The notes: a model not told the origin generated them from the letters alone. A DNA stretch of 36,993 nucleotides from an uncultured virus (IMG/VR IMGVR_UViG_3300027749_000064) (IMGVR_UViG_3300027749_000064); one strand, 5' to 3'; numbered from the stretch's first letter, positions 27,519-35,779 are shown. Translations and numbers: made by a program.

Positions 27519-28198
27519 TACCAGTATTAATATATCCAGTTCTTAATAGATATGATCTTTTAAGAAAATCATTAAGCACAATTGACTATCCAATTGGTGA
27601 AATATTGATTATTAATAATAGCGGCGACAATTCAATGAGTGATGGTCTTATTGAAGAATATCCACATTTAAATATTAGAATTTTAAATTTGCCTTCTAAT
27701 ATGGGCATAACTGGTTCTTGGAATCTTGGAATTAAACTTTATCCGCATGCAAAATATTGGATGTTTTCTTCAGCAGATACAACGCCTTCGCCAGGCCTTT
27801 GGCAAGATTACGCAGAAAAAAGCGGACCAGATAAATTTGTTTTATCAGCAAACGCTGGATGGAATATATTTACAGTTGGAGAAGAAATTGTAAAAAAGGT
27901 TGGGATATTTGATGAGTATATTTACCCAGCTTATTATGAAGACAACGATTATTGGGACAGAATGATTTTAGGCGGATTTGTTGTTGATATAAACATTTTG
28001 CATTCACAAGTTTACGCAGATGAAAATGGAATTTCTCAAACTATAAAAAGCAATCCAATTTTTTTTCAAAAAAATGATTATACATATGTAAAAAATCATG
28101 AGTATTATCATAACAAAAAAAATAGTGGCGATTATACCTGTAAAGGTTGGAATTTAGAGAGAAGGAGAGATCACGAATGGCTACCACAAAAACATTAG
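27515..28198 (+). CDS. Glycosyltransferase, family 2-like
   Basis: PVLNRYDLL, ILIINN, NMGITGSWNLGI, VGIFDE...PAYYEDNDY. Confidence 0.85.
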   Translation: MIPVLIYPVLNRYDLLRKSLSTIDYPIGEILIINNSGDNSMSDGLIEEYPHLNIRILNLPSNMGITGSWNLGIKLYPHAKYWMFSSADTTPSPGLWQDYAEKSGPDKFVLSANAGWNIFTVGEEIVKKVGIFDEYIYPAYYEDNDYWDRMILGGFVVDINILHSQVYADENGISQTIKSNPIFFQKNDYTYVKNHEYYHNKKNSGDYTCKGWNLERRRDHEWLPQKH

Positions 28199-28704
28199 AT
28201 TTAGGATGTGGAAAAGAACCAAGAAATCCTAAAAATGCAGATGAAGTGTATGGAGTTGATATTATTGATTATGGCAACTCAAATATTAAAATAGCAGATT
28301 TAGTTATAGACCCTATACCATTTGAAGATAATACATTTGACTTTGTTACGGGACATGATTTTCTTGAACATATTCCCCGAATGCTTTATATTGGTAGAGA
28401 AAGAAAACAACCATTTATTGATATTATGAGTGAAATTTGGAGAGTATTAAAACCAGGTGGTTTTGGTATTTTTGCAACACCAGCATTTCCTCATCAAGAA
28501 ATGTTTCAAGACCCACAACATGTAAATTATATAAGCACTAATACTTTACAGTATTTTTGTTTACCTTCACAAGCCACAAATGGTTGGAGCTTGTTAAATC
28601 TTTGTCATGATTATGGTTTTAAAGGAACTTTTGAAGCCGTAAACCAATATTGGAGAGAAGATGTTCCATATCATTTAATATGGGAAATTAAGGCGGTTAA
28701 ATGA
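28177..28704 (+). CDS. SAM-dependent methyltransferase (type 11)
   Basis: LDLGCG, GVDI, IPFEDNTFD, FLEHI, EIWRVLKPGG, DPQH; AAGGAG RBS precedes ATG 28177. Confidence 0.9.
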   Translation: MATTKTLDLGCGKEPRNPKNADEVYGVDIIDYGNSNIKIADLVIDPIPFEDNTFDFVTGHDFLEHIPRMLYIGRERKQPFIDIMSEIWRVLKPGGFGIFATPAFPHQEMFQDPQHVNYISTNTLQYFCLPSQATNGWSLLNLCHDYGFKGTFEAVNQYWREDVPYHLIWEIKAVK

Positions 28705-29702
28705 AAGTTTTAATTACTGGTGTTGCTGGCTTTATGGGCAGCCATCTTGCGGATGCATTTCTTAAAAATGGAGATAATGTGATTGGAATTGATAATTTAA
28801 TTGGTGGCTATACAGATAATGTACCAGATGCAGTTGAATTCCATAATCAAGATTTAGGTGATTTTGATGCAGTTAAAGATTTATTTAACGGAGTAGATTT
28901 AGTAGTACATTCTGCATGTACTGCATATGAAGGATTGTCTGTTTTTAGCCCTGCACTTGTTACTCGCAACACTTCACATATAACTACTGTTGCTTTATCA
29001 GCATCAGTTCGGGCGGGAGTTAAAAAGTTTGTTCATATGTCATCAATGGCTAGATACGGAACACAAAAAACGCCATATACAGAAGATATGATACCAATGC
29101 CACAAGATCCATATGGAATTTCTAAAGTTGCTTCAGAACAATTAGTTAAAAATATATGTGAAACTAATAATATAAATTATGTAATTCTTGTTCCACATAA
29201 TATTATAGGGCCAAGACAAAAATATGATGATCCGTTTAGGAATGTAGCTTCTATTATGATAAATAGAATATTGCAAGGCAAAAAACCAATTATATATGGT
29301 GATGGTAGCCAAGTAAGATGTTTTTCTTTTATGAATGATGTAACAAATCCATTAATGATTGCTTGTACAACAGATGTTGCAAATGGCATGACAATAAATG
29401 TTGGCCCAGATGAGGAATTTATTACTATAAAAGATTTGTTTTACAAGATTGCTAAAATAATGAATTACACTGATGATCCTATTTTTTTACCAGGTAGACC
29501 TCAAGAAGTTCATAATGCAGTATGTTCTTCAAATTTATCAAGAAAAATTTTAGGATATAAAACAACAACTACACTTGATAAGGGCTTGACAGAATTGGCT
29601 GAATGGATTAAAATAAAAGGTGTAAAATCTTTTGATTATCATTTACCACTTGAGTTTACAACAGAAAAAACACCTAAAACTTGGTCAGAGAGGCTAATGT
29701 GA
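28701..29702 (+). CDS. NAD-dependent nucleotide-sugar epimerase/dehydratase
   Basis: GVAGFMGSH, SSMARYG, YGISK (YxxxK), GDGSQVRCF. Confidence 0.92.
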   Translation: MKVLITGVAGFMGSHLADAFLKNGDNVIGIDNLIGGYTDNVPDAVEFHNQDLGDFDAVKDLFNGVDLVVHSACTAYEGLSVFSPALVTRNTSHITTVALSASVRAGVKKFVHMSSMARYGTQKTPYTEDMIPMPQDPYGISKVASEQLVKNICETNNINYVILVPHNIIGPRQKYDDPFRNVASIMINRILQGKKPIIYGDGSQVRCFSFMNDVTNPLMIACTTDVANGMTINVGPDEEFITIKDLFYKIAKIMNYTDDPIFLPGRPQEVHNAVCSSNLSRKILGYKTTTTLDKGLTELAEWIKIKGVKSFDYHLPLEFTTEKTPKTWSERLM

Positions 29703-30019
29703 AAACACCAGCAGAAATAAATGATTTATATTTGCATTCTTTAAAAGCACCATTAGGCGGAGAAATTTGGAATACTTGTTTAAATATAATGGAAATGCTT
29801 ATAGATAAAAACATATCTTATGGCAATTCAGCTATAGACCCAGTTAGGATATTTGCTACATCAGATAATATTGAACAATTAAAAGTTCGTATTGATGATA
29901 AGATCAATAGAATAAAAAATAATCAAGGTTATGCTGGAGATAATGATATTGTTGATATGATTGGTTATTTAGTTTTACTTAAAATTGCTATTGACAAAGA
30001 TGGTAATAAAGAGGTATAA
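29699..30019 (+). CDS. DUF1599 / nucleotide-modification-associated domain 1-like protein
   Basis: KNISYGNS, VRIDDKINRI, D...DMIGYL; GTG 29699 overlaps the upstream stop. Confidence 0.72.
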   Translation: MKTPAEINDLYLHSLKAPLGGEIWNTCLNIMEMLIDKNISYGNSAIDPVRIFATSDNIEQLKVRIDDKINRIKNNQGYAGDNDIVDMIGYLVLLKIAIDKDGNKEV

Positions 30020-30020
30020 T
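29991..30020 (+). promoter_or_regulatory. Promoter TTGACA-N18-TATAAT, leaderless
   Basis: Perfect hexamers; ATG lies 5 nt downstream. Confidence 0.7.
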
Positions 30021-30025
30021 TAAAT

Positions 30026-30205
30026 ATGGCTACATATGAATATGGATGTATTGAATGTGATAAGACTGAAGAGGTTTCTAGAGGAATTACTGATCCTGAA
30101 TCAATTCCGTCATGTCCATCATGCGGATATGCTATGGTAAGAGTTTGGAATGCCCCAGGCGTACAATTTAAAGGATCAGGTTTTTATAAAACAGATAATG
30201 GATAA
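30026..30205 (+). CDS. FmdB-family zinc-ribbon protein (59 aa, absent from the ORF track)
   Basis: MATYEYGCIEC...CPSCG..M.RV...PGVQFKGSGFYKTD. Confidence 0.9.
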   Translation: MATYEYGCIECDKTEEVSRGITDPESIPSCPSCGYAMVRVWNAPGVQFKGSGFYKTDNG

Positions 30206-30725
30206 AGAAATAGAAGTTGCAGGTCAATTTGACCAAATGAATAAAGTTGTTGAAGAATTGCTTAAAGGCAATACACCAACACAAATAGCACGTTCTTTAG
30301 ATCTTACCCGTGTTCAAGTAGAAACTTATATTGACGCATGGAAAGGTTTTGTTCATGACAATACAGCAATTCGTGAACGTGCAAAAGAAGCTTTGGCAGG
30401 GGCAGATGAGCATTACAATATGTTAATAAAAGAGGCGTGGATCACTTTAAGTCAAGCAGATGCACAAGATTCTCCCAATATTAAAGCGCAAGTTATTAAA
30501 TTAATTGCTGACATTGAAGCAAAAAGAATTGATATGTTAAATAAAGCGGGAGTGCTAGAAGATAGTTCAATGGCAGATCAAATTTTAGAATCAGAAAGAA
30601 AACAAGATATTTTAGTAGGCATTCTTAAAGATGTAACTTCATCTTGTGATAAATGTAAATGGGAAGTTTCAAAAAGATTATCGCAAGTAACAGGCCAGAT
30701 TGAAGCAGTAATAGTAAATGACTGA
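30198..30725 (+). CDS. HTH protein, probable terminase small subunit
   Basis: LLKGNTPTQIARSLDLTRVQV HTH; immediately upstream of and overlapping TerL; ATG 30198 preferred as start. Confidence 0.6.
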   Translation: MDKEIEVAGQFDQMNKVVEELLKGNTPTQIARSLDLTRVQVETYIDAWKGFVHDNTAIRERAKEALAGADEHYNMLIKEAWITLSQADAQDSPNIKAQVIKLIADIEAKRIDMLNKAGVLEDSSMADQILESERKQDILVGILKDVTSSCDKCKWEVSKRLSQVTGQIEAVIVND

Positions 30726-32559
30726 TTTTAGTGCTTTTATAGATGCACTTGAAGGTGATGAATTTTCAGAAAAACCAGCTCCGCTTGAAGAATTTGTAAC
30801 AAGTAAAGACTATCTTGGTTTACCACCACTTTCTATGTATCAATATCAAATGATCAGAGCATCAACACAAATTTATAAACGTGAAACATTACACAAAATC
30901 TATGGTGAAATTGAAGGCGAAAAAATTTGGAAACAAACTTGTTCTGAAGTAATTTTACAACTTGGTAAAGGTTCTGGAAAAGACTATACATCTACAATCG
31001 CTTGTGCATATATGGTGCATTTACTTTTATGTCTTTCAGATCCAGCAAGATATTATGGAAAACCTCCAGGGGATGCCATTGATATTATTAATATTGCCAT
31101 TAACGCTATTCAAGCTAACCGAGTTTTCTTTAAAGGTTTCAATCAACGCATTGAAAAGTCACCTTGGTTTCAAGGAAAATATATTGCTAAAGCAAATATG
31201 GTTGAATTTGATAAATCTGTTACAGTTCACTCGGGTCACTCAGAAAGAGAAGCTTGGGAAGGATACAACGTTTTAGTTGTTATTCTTGATGAAATTTCAG
31301 GATTTGAACTTGAATCAACTTCTGGGCATGATCAAGCAAAGACCGCATCTGCAATTTATAAAATGTATCGTGCATCTGTAAATTCTCGTTTTCCAGATTT
31401 TGGTAAAGTAATTTTACTTTCTTTTCCTCGTTTTAAAAATGATTATATTCAACAAAGGTATAACGAAGCGGTAGCAGAAAAAGAAGTCGTGCTTAGACAT
31501 CATAAATTTAAAGTAGACACAGAACTTCCAGATGGCACCGAAGGCAATGAATTTGAAATGGAATGGGAAGAAGATCACATTATTTCATATAAAGTTCCAA
31601 GAATGTATGCTTTAAAAAGGCCAACATGGGAGATCAATCCGACTAGAACTATTGACGATTTTACAATTGACTTTTATACAGACCCTACAGATGCTTTATC
31701 TCGTTTTGCTTGCATGCCGCCAGATGCCACGGATGCTTTTTTTAAAAGCAGAATGGTAATTGAAAAAGCTTTTAGTAATCCTAAATTAAATGTAGATTCA
31801 TATGGAAGATTTGATGATGATTTTAAACCAAAAGAAGATAAAACATATTTTATGCATGTAGACTTAGCACAAAAACATGACCATTGTGCGGTGGCGCTAG
31901 CGCATGTAGATGGTTGGGTAACAATGAAAATTGGAGAACAGTATAAAGAAGCCGCACCTAGAATTATAGTAGATGCAGTAAGATATTGGACTCCAACTGC
32001 ATCCAAATCTGTTGACTTTACAGAGGTTAAAGATTATATAACAAGCATAAGAGAGCGCAATTTTAATGTTAAATTAGTTACATTTGACCGATGGAATTCA
32101 CACGATATGATGCAACAACTTGGGGTACATGGCATTAAAACTGAAATTTTATCTGTAGCTAAAAAACACTATGAAGATATGTCTCTTACTTTAACTGAAG
32201 AAAGGTTGCTAGGGCCTAAAATTCAATTGCTTATAGATGAATTATTGCAGTTACGAATTGTAAAAGATAAGGTAGACCACCCAAGAAAGGGTTCTAAAGA
32301 CCTTTCAGATGCCGTATGCGGGGCTATCTACAATGCTATATCCTTAACACCACCAGACCAAAATAAAGAGGTAGAAATCTATACTTATTCTGGGGTATTT
32401 TCGGAGGAGTTGGCAAAATTAAAAGAAGAATCAGATGCAAGAATGAAAAACACTATTCGCATGCCAGAAAGAAAGGTTATGCCTGAAGATATTAGAGATT
32501 TTTTTGATGATGATGACAGTGAATATAGAGATATAGTTGACAACTTTAAAATATTATAG
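30718..32559 (+). CDS. terL: Terminase large subunit
   Basis: Walker A GKGSGKD, Walker B VVILDE, nuclease motifs HVDLA...D, TFDRWNS, DHP..GSKDLSDA. Confidence 0.92.
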   Translation: MTDFSAFIDALEGDEFSEKPAPLEEFVTSKDYLGLPPLSMYQYQMIRASTQIYKRETLHKIYGEIEGEKIWKQTCSEVILQLGKGSGKDYTSTIACAYMVHLLLCLSDPARYYGKPPGDAIDIINIAINAIQANRVFFKGFNQRIEKSPWFQGKYIAKANMVEFDKSVTVHSGHSEREAWEGYNVLVVILDEISGFELESTSGHDQAKTASAIYKMYRASVNSRFPDFGKVILLSFPRFKNDYIQQRYNEAVAEKEVVLRHHKFKVDTELPDGTEGNEFEMEWEEDHIISYKVPRMYALKRPTWEINPTRTIDDFTIDFYTDPTDALSRFACMPPDATDAFFKSRMVIEKAFSNPKLNVDSYGRFDDDFKPKEDKTYFMHVDLAQKHDHCAVALAHVDGWVTMKIGEQYKEAAPRIIVDAVRYWTPTASKSVDFTEVKDYITSIRERNFNVKLVTFDRWNSHDMMQQLGVHGIKTEILSVAKKHYEDMSLTLTEERLLGPKIQLLIDELLQLRIVKDKVDHPRKGSKDLSDAVCGAIYNAISLTPPDQNKEVEIYTYSGVFSEELAKLKEESDARMKNTIRMPERKVMPEDIRDFFDDDDSEYRDIVDNFKIL

Positions 32560-32595
32560 TAGACTAACCCATATAACAACAAACAAAGGATAATA

Positions 32596-32883
32596 ATGTT
32601 AGCAAATGGAACTATTGCAACAATTGAAGACGAACAAGATATTTATATTAGTTTAACTGCACTTTGTGAATATTTTACTAAATCTTCTGTAAATATGCAA
32701 CAAGAAATTAAACATGCAGATCCAAGAGATAAAAGATATGCAGCAGGACTTTATGATATGATGCATACAATTGCACAAGAAATTGTTGAGCTTGGAAAAT
32801 TTGAAGCACAGCGTAGAATGATTAATAGTCCTGAAGATCTTTTAAAGATGATTGACAAAAACCCATTTGGTAAAGTAGAATAG
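32596..32883 (+). CDS. Hypothetical protein
   Basis: AAGGA RBS and ATG start. Confidence 0.65.
   Translation: MLANGTIATIEDEQDIYISLTALCEYFTKSSVNMQQEIKHADPRDKRYAAGLYDMMHTIAQEIVELGKFEAQRRMINSPEDLLKMIDKNPFGKVE
32852..32881 (+). promoter_or_regulatory. Promoter TTGACA-N18-TAGAAT for tRNA-Asn
   Basis: Ends 8 nt before the tRNA 5' end. Confidence 0.6.
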
Positions 32884-32889
32884 CAGTAT

Positions 32890-32962
32890 TGGTCATTAGC
32901 TCAATTGGCAGAGCATCCGACTGTTAATCGGAAGGTTCTTGGATCGTGCCCAAGATGACCAG
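32890..32962 (+). tRNA. tRNA-Asn(GTT)
   Basis: Acceptor TGGTCAT/ATGACCA, D-arm GCTC/GAGC, anticodon arm TCCGA-CTGTTAA-TCGGA, T-arm CTTGG-ATCGTGC-CCAAG, G73; CCA not encoded. Confidence 0.9.
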
Positions 32963-33002
32963 CAAATTATTAACCAACTAATAGAGAGAGTATAATATGA
33001 AT

Positions 33003-33242
33003 ATGACAACAGAAATAGTAAAAGAAAAAGAAATTGAGAAAGAATATGTTCTCAAGGTTATTGATCGTTGTGATTCTTGTAACTCTCAAGCGTATGTATT
33101 AGTAAAAGGTGTAACGGGAGACTTAATGTTTTGTGGTCATCATTACAATAAAAATGAAGCAGCATTAATTAAATTTTCATATGAAATTATTGATGAACGA
33201 GAAAAATTAATAGAAAACAAATTAAAGGGCTCAGAAAACTAA
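33003..33242 (+). CDS. Small zinc-binding protein of a family common in Actinobacteria (DUF7455-like)
   Basis: DRCDSCNSQAYV.......LMFCGHH; TATAAT at 32991-32996 suggests a leaderless start at 33003 (alternative 32997). Confidence 0.7.
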   Translation: MTTEIVKEKEIEKEYVLKVIDRCDSCNSQAYVLVKGVTGDLMFCGHHYNKNEAALIKFSYEIIDEREKLIENKLKGSEN

Positions 33243-33250
33243 ATATTTTA

Positions 33251-33324
33251 GCGGTAGTAGCTTAGTTGGTTAAAGCCCCGAACTCATAATTCGGTAATCG
33301 TAGGTTCAAGTCCTACCTCCCGCA
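33251..33324 (+). tRNA. tRNA with CAT anticodon (elongator Met or Ile2)
   Basis: GCGGTAG/CTCCCGC (one mismatch), GCTT/AAGC, CCGAA-CTCATAA-TTCGG, GTAGG-TTCAAGT-CCTAC, A73; lacks initiator features. Confidence 0.88.
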
Positions 33325-33327
33325 CAA

Positions 33328-33445
33328 GGCTATATGCAGCACACCTTAGCATGGTATAGTTACATATAACAAGTACCCGCAGCGTAAGAGTTCGGGGAGA
33401 TAGGGCAGCGTCATTCGGTGCTGGAATATCTGCGTATAGCCCCCA
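33328..33445 (+). ncRNA. Candidate structured ncRNA closed by a 12-bp helix and ending in C-CCA
   Basis: GGCTATATGCAG (33328-39) pairs with CTGCGTATAGCC (33430-41); four internal hairpins; fills the gap between two tRNAs with 3-nt spacers on both sides. Confidence 0.6.
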
Positions 33446-33448
33446 TTT

Positions 33449-33522
33449 GCGAATATTGCATAGTGGTAGTGCGTAACCTTGCCAAGGTTAATGTGCGAGT
33501 TCAATTCTCGCTATTCGCTCCA
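33449..33522 (+). tRNA. tRNA-Gly(GCC)
   Basis: GCGAATA/TATTCGC, TAACC-TTGCCAA-GGTTA, GCGAG-TTCAATT-CTCGC, U73 plus encoded CCA. Confidence 0.93.
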
Positions 33523-33543
33523 GTAATGTATAATTAACTCATA

Positions 33544-34038
33544 ATGACTAATGCACACAATCAAAAAATGACATTTTCAATTCTGGCACATATTCCAGAA
33601 CATGACCCACGAGAAAAAGATCCAAATTATAAATATTTTATTGCCGCTAAAAAGAAAATTAAAGCGGCGGGACTTTGGAAATGTGCCATCAATGATGATT
33701 TATGTGGTGGACAAATGGAATTACATCATACTCATGTAGAATTTAGTCAAATTTCAAATGCTGATAAATCTAAAATAGAAGCTTATTTTGGTTTAAATTT
33801 TAAAGACGATCAAGAATTTCAAGTTTGGTTAGAAAGTCCAGGAAATTTAGAAGTATTATGTACTAATCATCATAGAACACATTATGGGATACATACATTA
33901 CCCCATGCTCTTTGGGAGTCCCTCCGATTTAGAAAAAATGGGACTCTTCCCGCAGCAGAAGTAGTAACAAAATCTAATATGAAATCTCATAAAATTAATG
34001 ATATAATTAAAACGAAGAGGGGTAACGATGCCATATAA
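33544..34038 (+). CDS. HNH-like His/Cys metal-binding nuclease-fold protein
   Basis: C......C....ELHH ... NLEVLCTNHHR...GIH. Confidence 0.55.
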   Translation: MTNAHNQKMTFSILAHIPEHDPREKDPNYKYFIAAKKKIKAAGLWKCAINDDLCGGQMELHHTHVEFSQISNADKSKIEAYFGLNFKDDQEFQVWLESPGNLEVLCTNHHRTHYGIHTLPHALWESLRFRKNGTLPAAEVVTKSNMKSHKINDIIKTKRGNDAI

Positions 34039-35068
34039 AATAGTGCAACATGGAAATAAATTTTCAGTAGTAGCTCAAAATACTGGTCATGTAGCTGGCA
34101 CACATCCAAGCAAAGAAAAAGCACAAGCACAAATGTCTGCGTTATATGCAAATGAACCAGAAGCAACTAAAAAATGTATGACTTGTGGATGCGATGATTT
34201 AGGTAATGATCATCATTATATTTCTGATACAGAAAAATGTTCTTCTTGTATTGATAAAGGACAAGGACCTTGTTGGGATGGGTACGCATATGCTGGCACT
34301 AAAGAACAAGATGGCAAGACTGTTCCAAATTGTATTCCCGTAAAAAAATCTGACGGTGGTTATCAACCAAATGCAGGAATGAAAGCAGCGGCTCGTCGTG
34401 CATTAAAATGGAAAGACGCAGGTATGGCTACGGGTGCAGGAACCCCCGTGGGTTGGGGTCGTGCAAGCGATATTGTTGCTGGAAGATCAATGTCTCTTGA
34501 TACAGTAAAAAGAATGTATTCATTTTTTTCTCGTCATGAAGTTGATAAAAAAGGAAAAGATTGGGATAAACCATCTCACGGAAAAATTATGTGGAATGCT
34601 TGGGGCGGAGATGCAGGGTTTGCTTGGTCTCGTGCAATTGTAGCAAGAGAAAATAAAGTTGAAAAAGATTCTGCATTTGGCTCGGAAAGATTATCAGGCG
34701 GACCAGGATTTAAAATTGAATTTAATACGCCAGACTGTTTAGGTGGTTACGCTGTAATAAAAGCGGGATCTGGACAGGTTATTGGTTGCTATACGACTAA
34801 AGAACATGCACAAGAAGCTATGGATGCTATTGCAGTAAATGAACCAGATTTAACTAAATCAGCAAATCCAACTCCAACAAAAGATTCAACATCAATTTGG
34901 GATGGAATATTTGTTCCAACAGGGGATGCAACATCAGGAACAAATTATGGATCACTTTATGGAGATACTGGTTGGATGTCTACTTATAACTCACCACCAC
35001 AACATGATGGCAAGCCAAGCGTAGGGTATGGAAATCATAGCGATCCAAAGGGTCGCAGTAATCAATAA
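34028..35068 (+). CDS. Modular phage protein, probably virion/head-associated
   Basis: Repeated module (V....G.V.G....KE.AQ..M.A...NE) twice, PCWDGY...G.K..DGKTVPNC.P motif, and a GTPVGWGRA...TVKRMYSFFSRHE...WGGDAG domain. Confidence 0.55.
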   Translation: MPYKIVQHGNKFSVVAQNTGHVAGTHPSKEKAQAQMSALYANEPEATKKCMTCGCDDLGNDHHYISDTEKCSSCIDKGQGPCWDGYAYAGTKEQDGKTVPNCIPVKKSDGGYQPNAGMKAAARRALKWKDAGMATGAGTPVGWGRASDIVAGRSMSLDTVKRMYSFFSRHEVDKKGKDWDKPSHGKIMWNAWGGDAGFAWSRAIVARENKVEKDSAFGSERLSGGPGFKIEFNTPDCLGGYAVIKAGSGQVIGCYTTKEHAQEAMDAIAVNEPDLTKSANPTPTKDSTSIWDGIFVPTGDATSGTNYGSLYGDTGWMSTYNSPPQHDGKPSVGYGNHSDPKGRSNQ

Positions 35069-35088
35069 AATCTGATATAATATATTTA

Positions 35089-35147
35089 CAGGATGCCTAC
35101 GGGGTACTGAATTTAACTAACTTGCTGAAAAGGAGCTAAGTAAAATG
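35089..35147 (+). promoter_or_regulatory. Structured 5' leader of hsp20 (RNA thermometer candidate)
   Basis: TGATATAAT at 35073-81; hairpin 1 with a cUACGg tetraloop; hairpin 2 ACTTGCT-GAAAAGG-AGCTAAGT overlaps the AAGGAG SD. Confidence 0.55.
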
Positions 35148-35582
35148 ACACATCTAACAACATATAACAATCCATTCACACAAATTCAATCTATTTTTAA
35201 TGACCCGTTCTTTTTAGGGTTTAATGATCAATTTGTAAGATGGGAATCAAATAAAAAAACAACATCCGCATTTCCCCCATACAATGTAAAGAAGGTTGAT
35301 GAAGACAATTATATTGTTGAATTGGCTGTTGCGGGATATGATCGTGAAGATCTTGATATTACTGTAGATAAAGATACATTAATTATCAAAAGCGATAGAG
35401 AAAATGATGAAAAATCAGATTTTCTACACAAAGGAATTGCAGGACGCAATTTTAAACAGACGTTCACTTTAGGTGAATACATGCTGGTTAAATCTGCTTC
35501 ACTTGAAAATGGTTTGCTAACCATTAAAATTGAACGGGAAATACCAGAAGAGCACAAGCCTAGACAAATCAAGATCAAGTAG
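35145..35582 (+). CDS. Small heat-shock protein, Hsp20/IbpA-like
   Basis: FPPYNV, VELAVAGY, FLHKGIAGRNF...FTL, ASLENGLLTI...REIPEEHKPRQIKI. Confidence 0.95.
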   Translation: MTHLTTYNNPFTQIQSIFNDPFFLGFNDQFVRWESNKKTTSAFPPYNVKKVDEDNYIVELAVAGYDREDLDITVDKDTLIIKSDRENDEKSDFLHKGIAGRNFKQTFTLGEYMLVKSASLENGLLTIKIEREIPEEHKPRQIKIK

Positions 35583-35593
35583 TATATAATAGT

Positions 35594-35632
35594 GATGAGG
35601 ACCTGAGCACGTCCTGTAATAAACTGCTCATC
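35594..35632 (+). promoter_or_regulatory. H-type pseudoknot in a predicted 5' UTR
   Basis: Stem AGGAC/GTCCT; loop TGAGCA (35604-09) complements TGCTCA (35625-30); begins just after TATAAT at 35585-90. Confidence 0.55.
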
Positions 35633-35647
35633 TAACAGAGGAAAATA

Positions 35648-35779
35648 ATGACTCAAAAGCAAAAAAAAGTAGAAGCAAGACTGGCTATTCGTATTGCAAC
35701 AATGCCTAAAGGGTCGGGGTTTAAAAAGCCTGGGTCCATGAATAAGAAAAAAACAGGTTACGCTAAAGTATCAAGATAA
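35648..35779 (+). CDS. Small very basic protein (43 aa, absent from the ORF track)
   Basis: AGAGGA RBS; MTQKQKKVEARLAIRIATMPKGSGFKKPGSMNKKKTGYAKVSR. Confidence 0.65.
   Translation: MTQKQKKVEARLAIRIATMPKGSGFKKPGSMNKKKTGYAKVSR

Noticed and set aside
33325..33445. HDV-like (theta) ribozyme after the tRNA, or a further tRNA, tmRNA or SRP RNA
   Set aside because: I could not build the nested double pseudoknot, a T-loop/cloverleaf or the SRP motif; the end-to-end 12-bp helix fits none of them.
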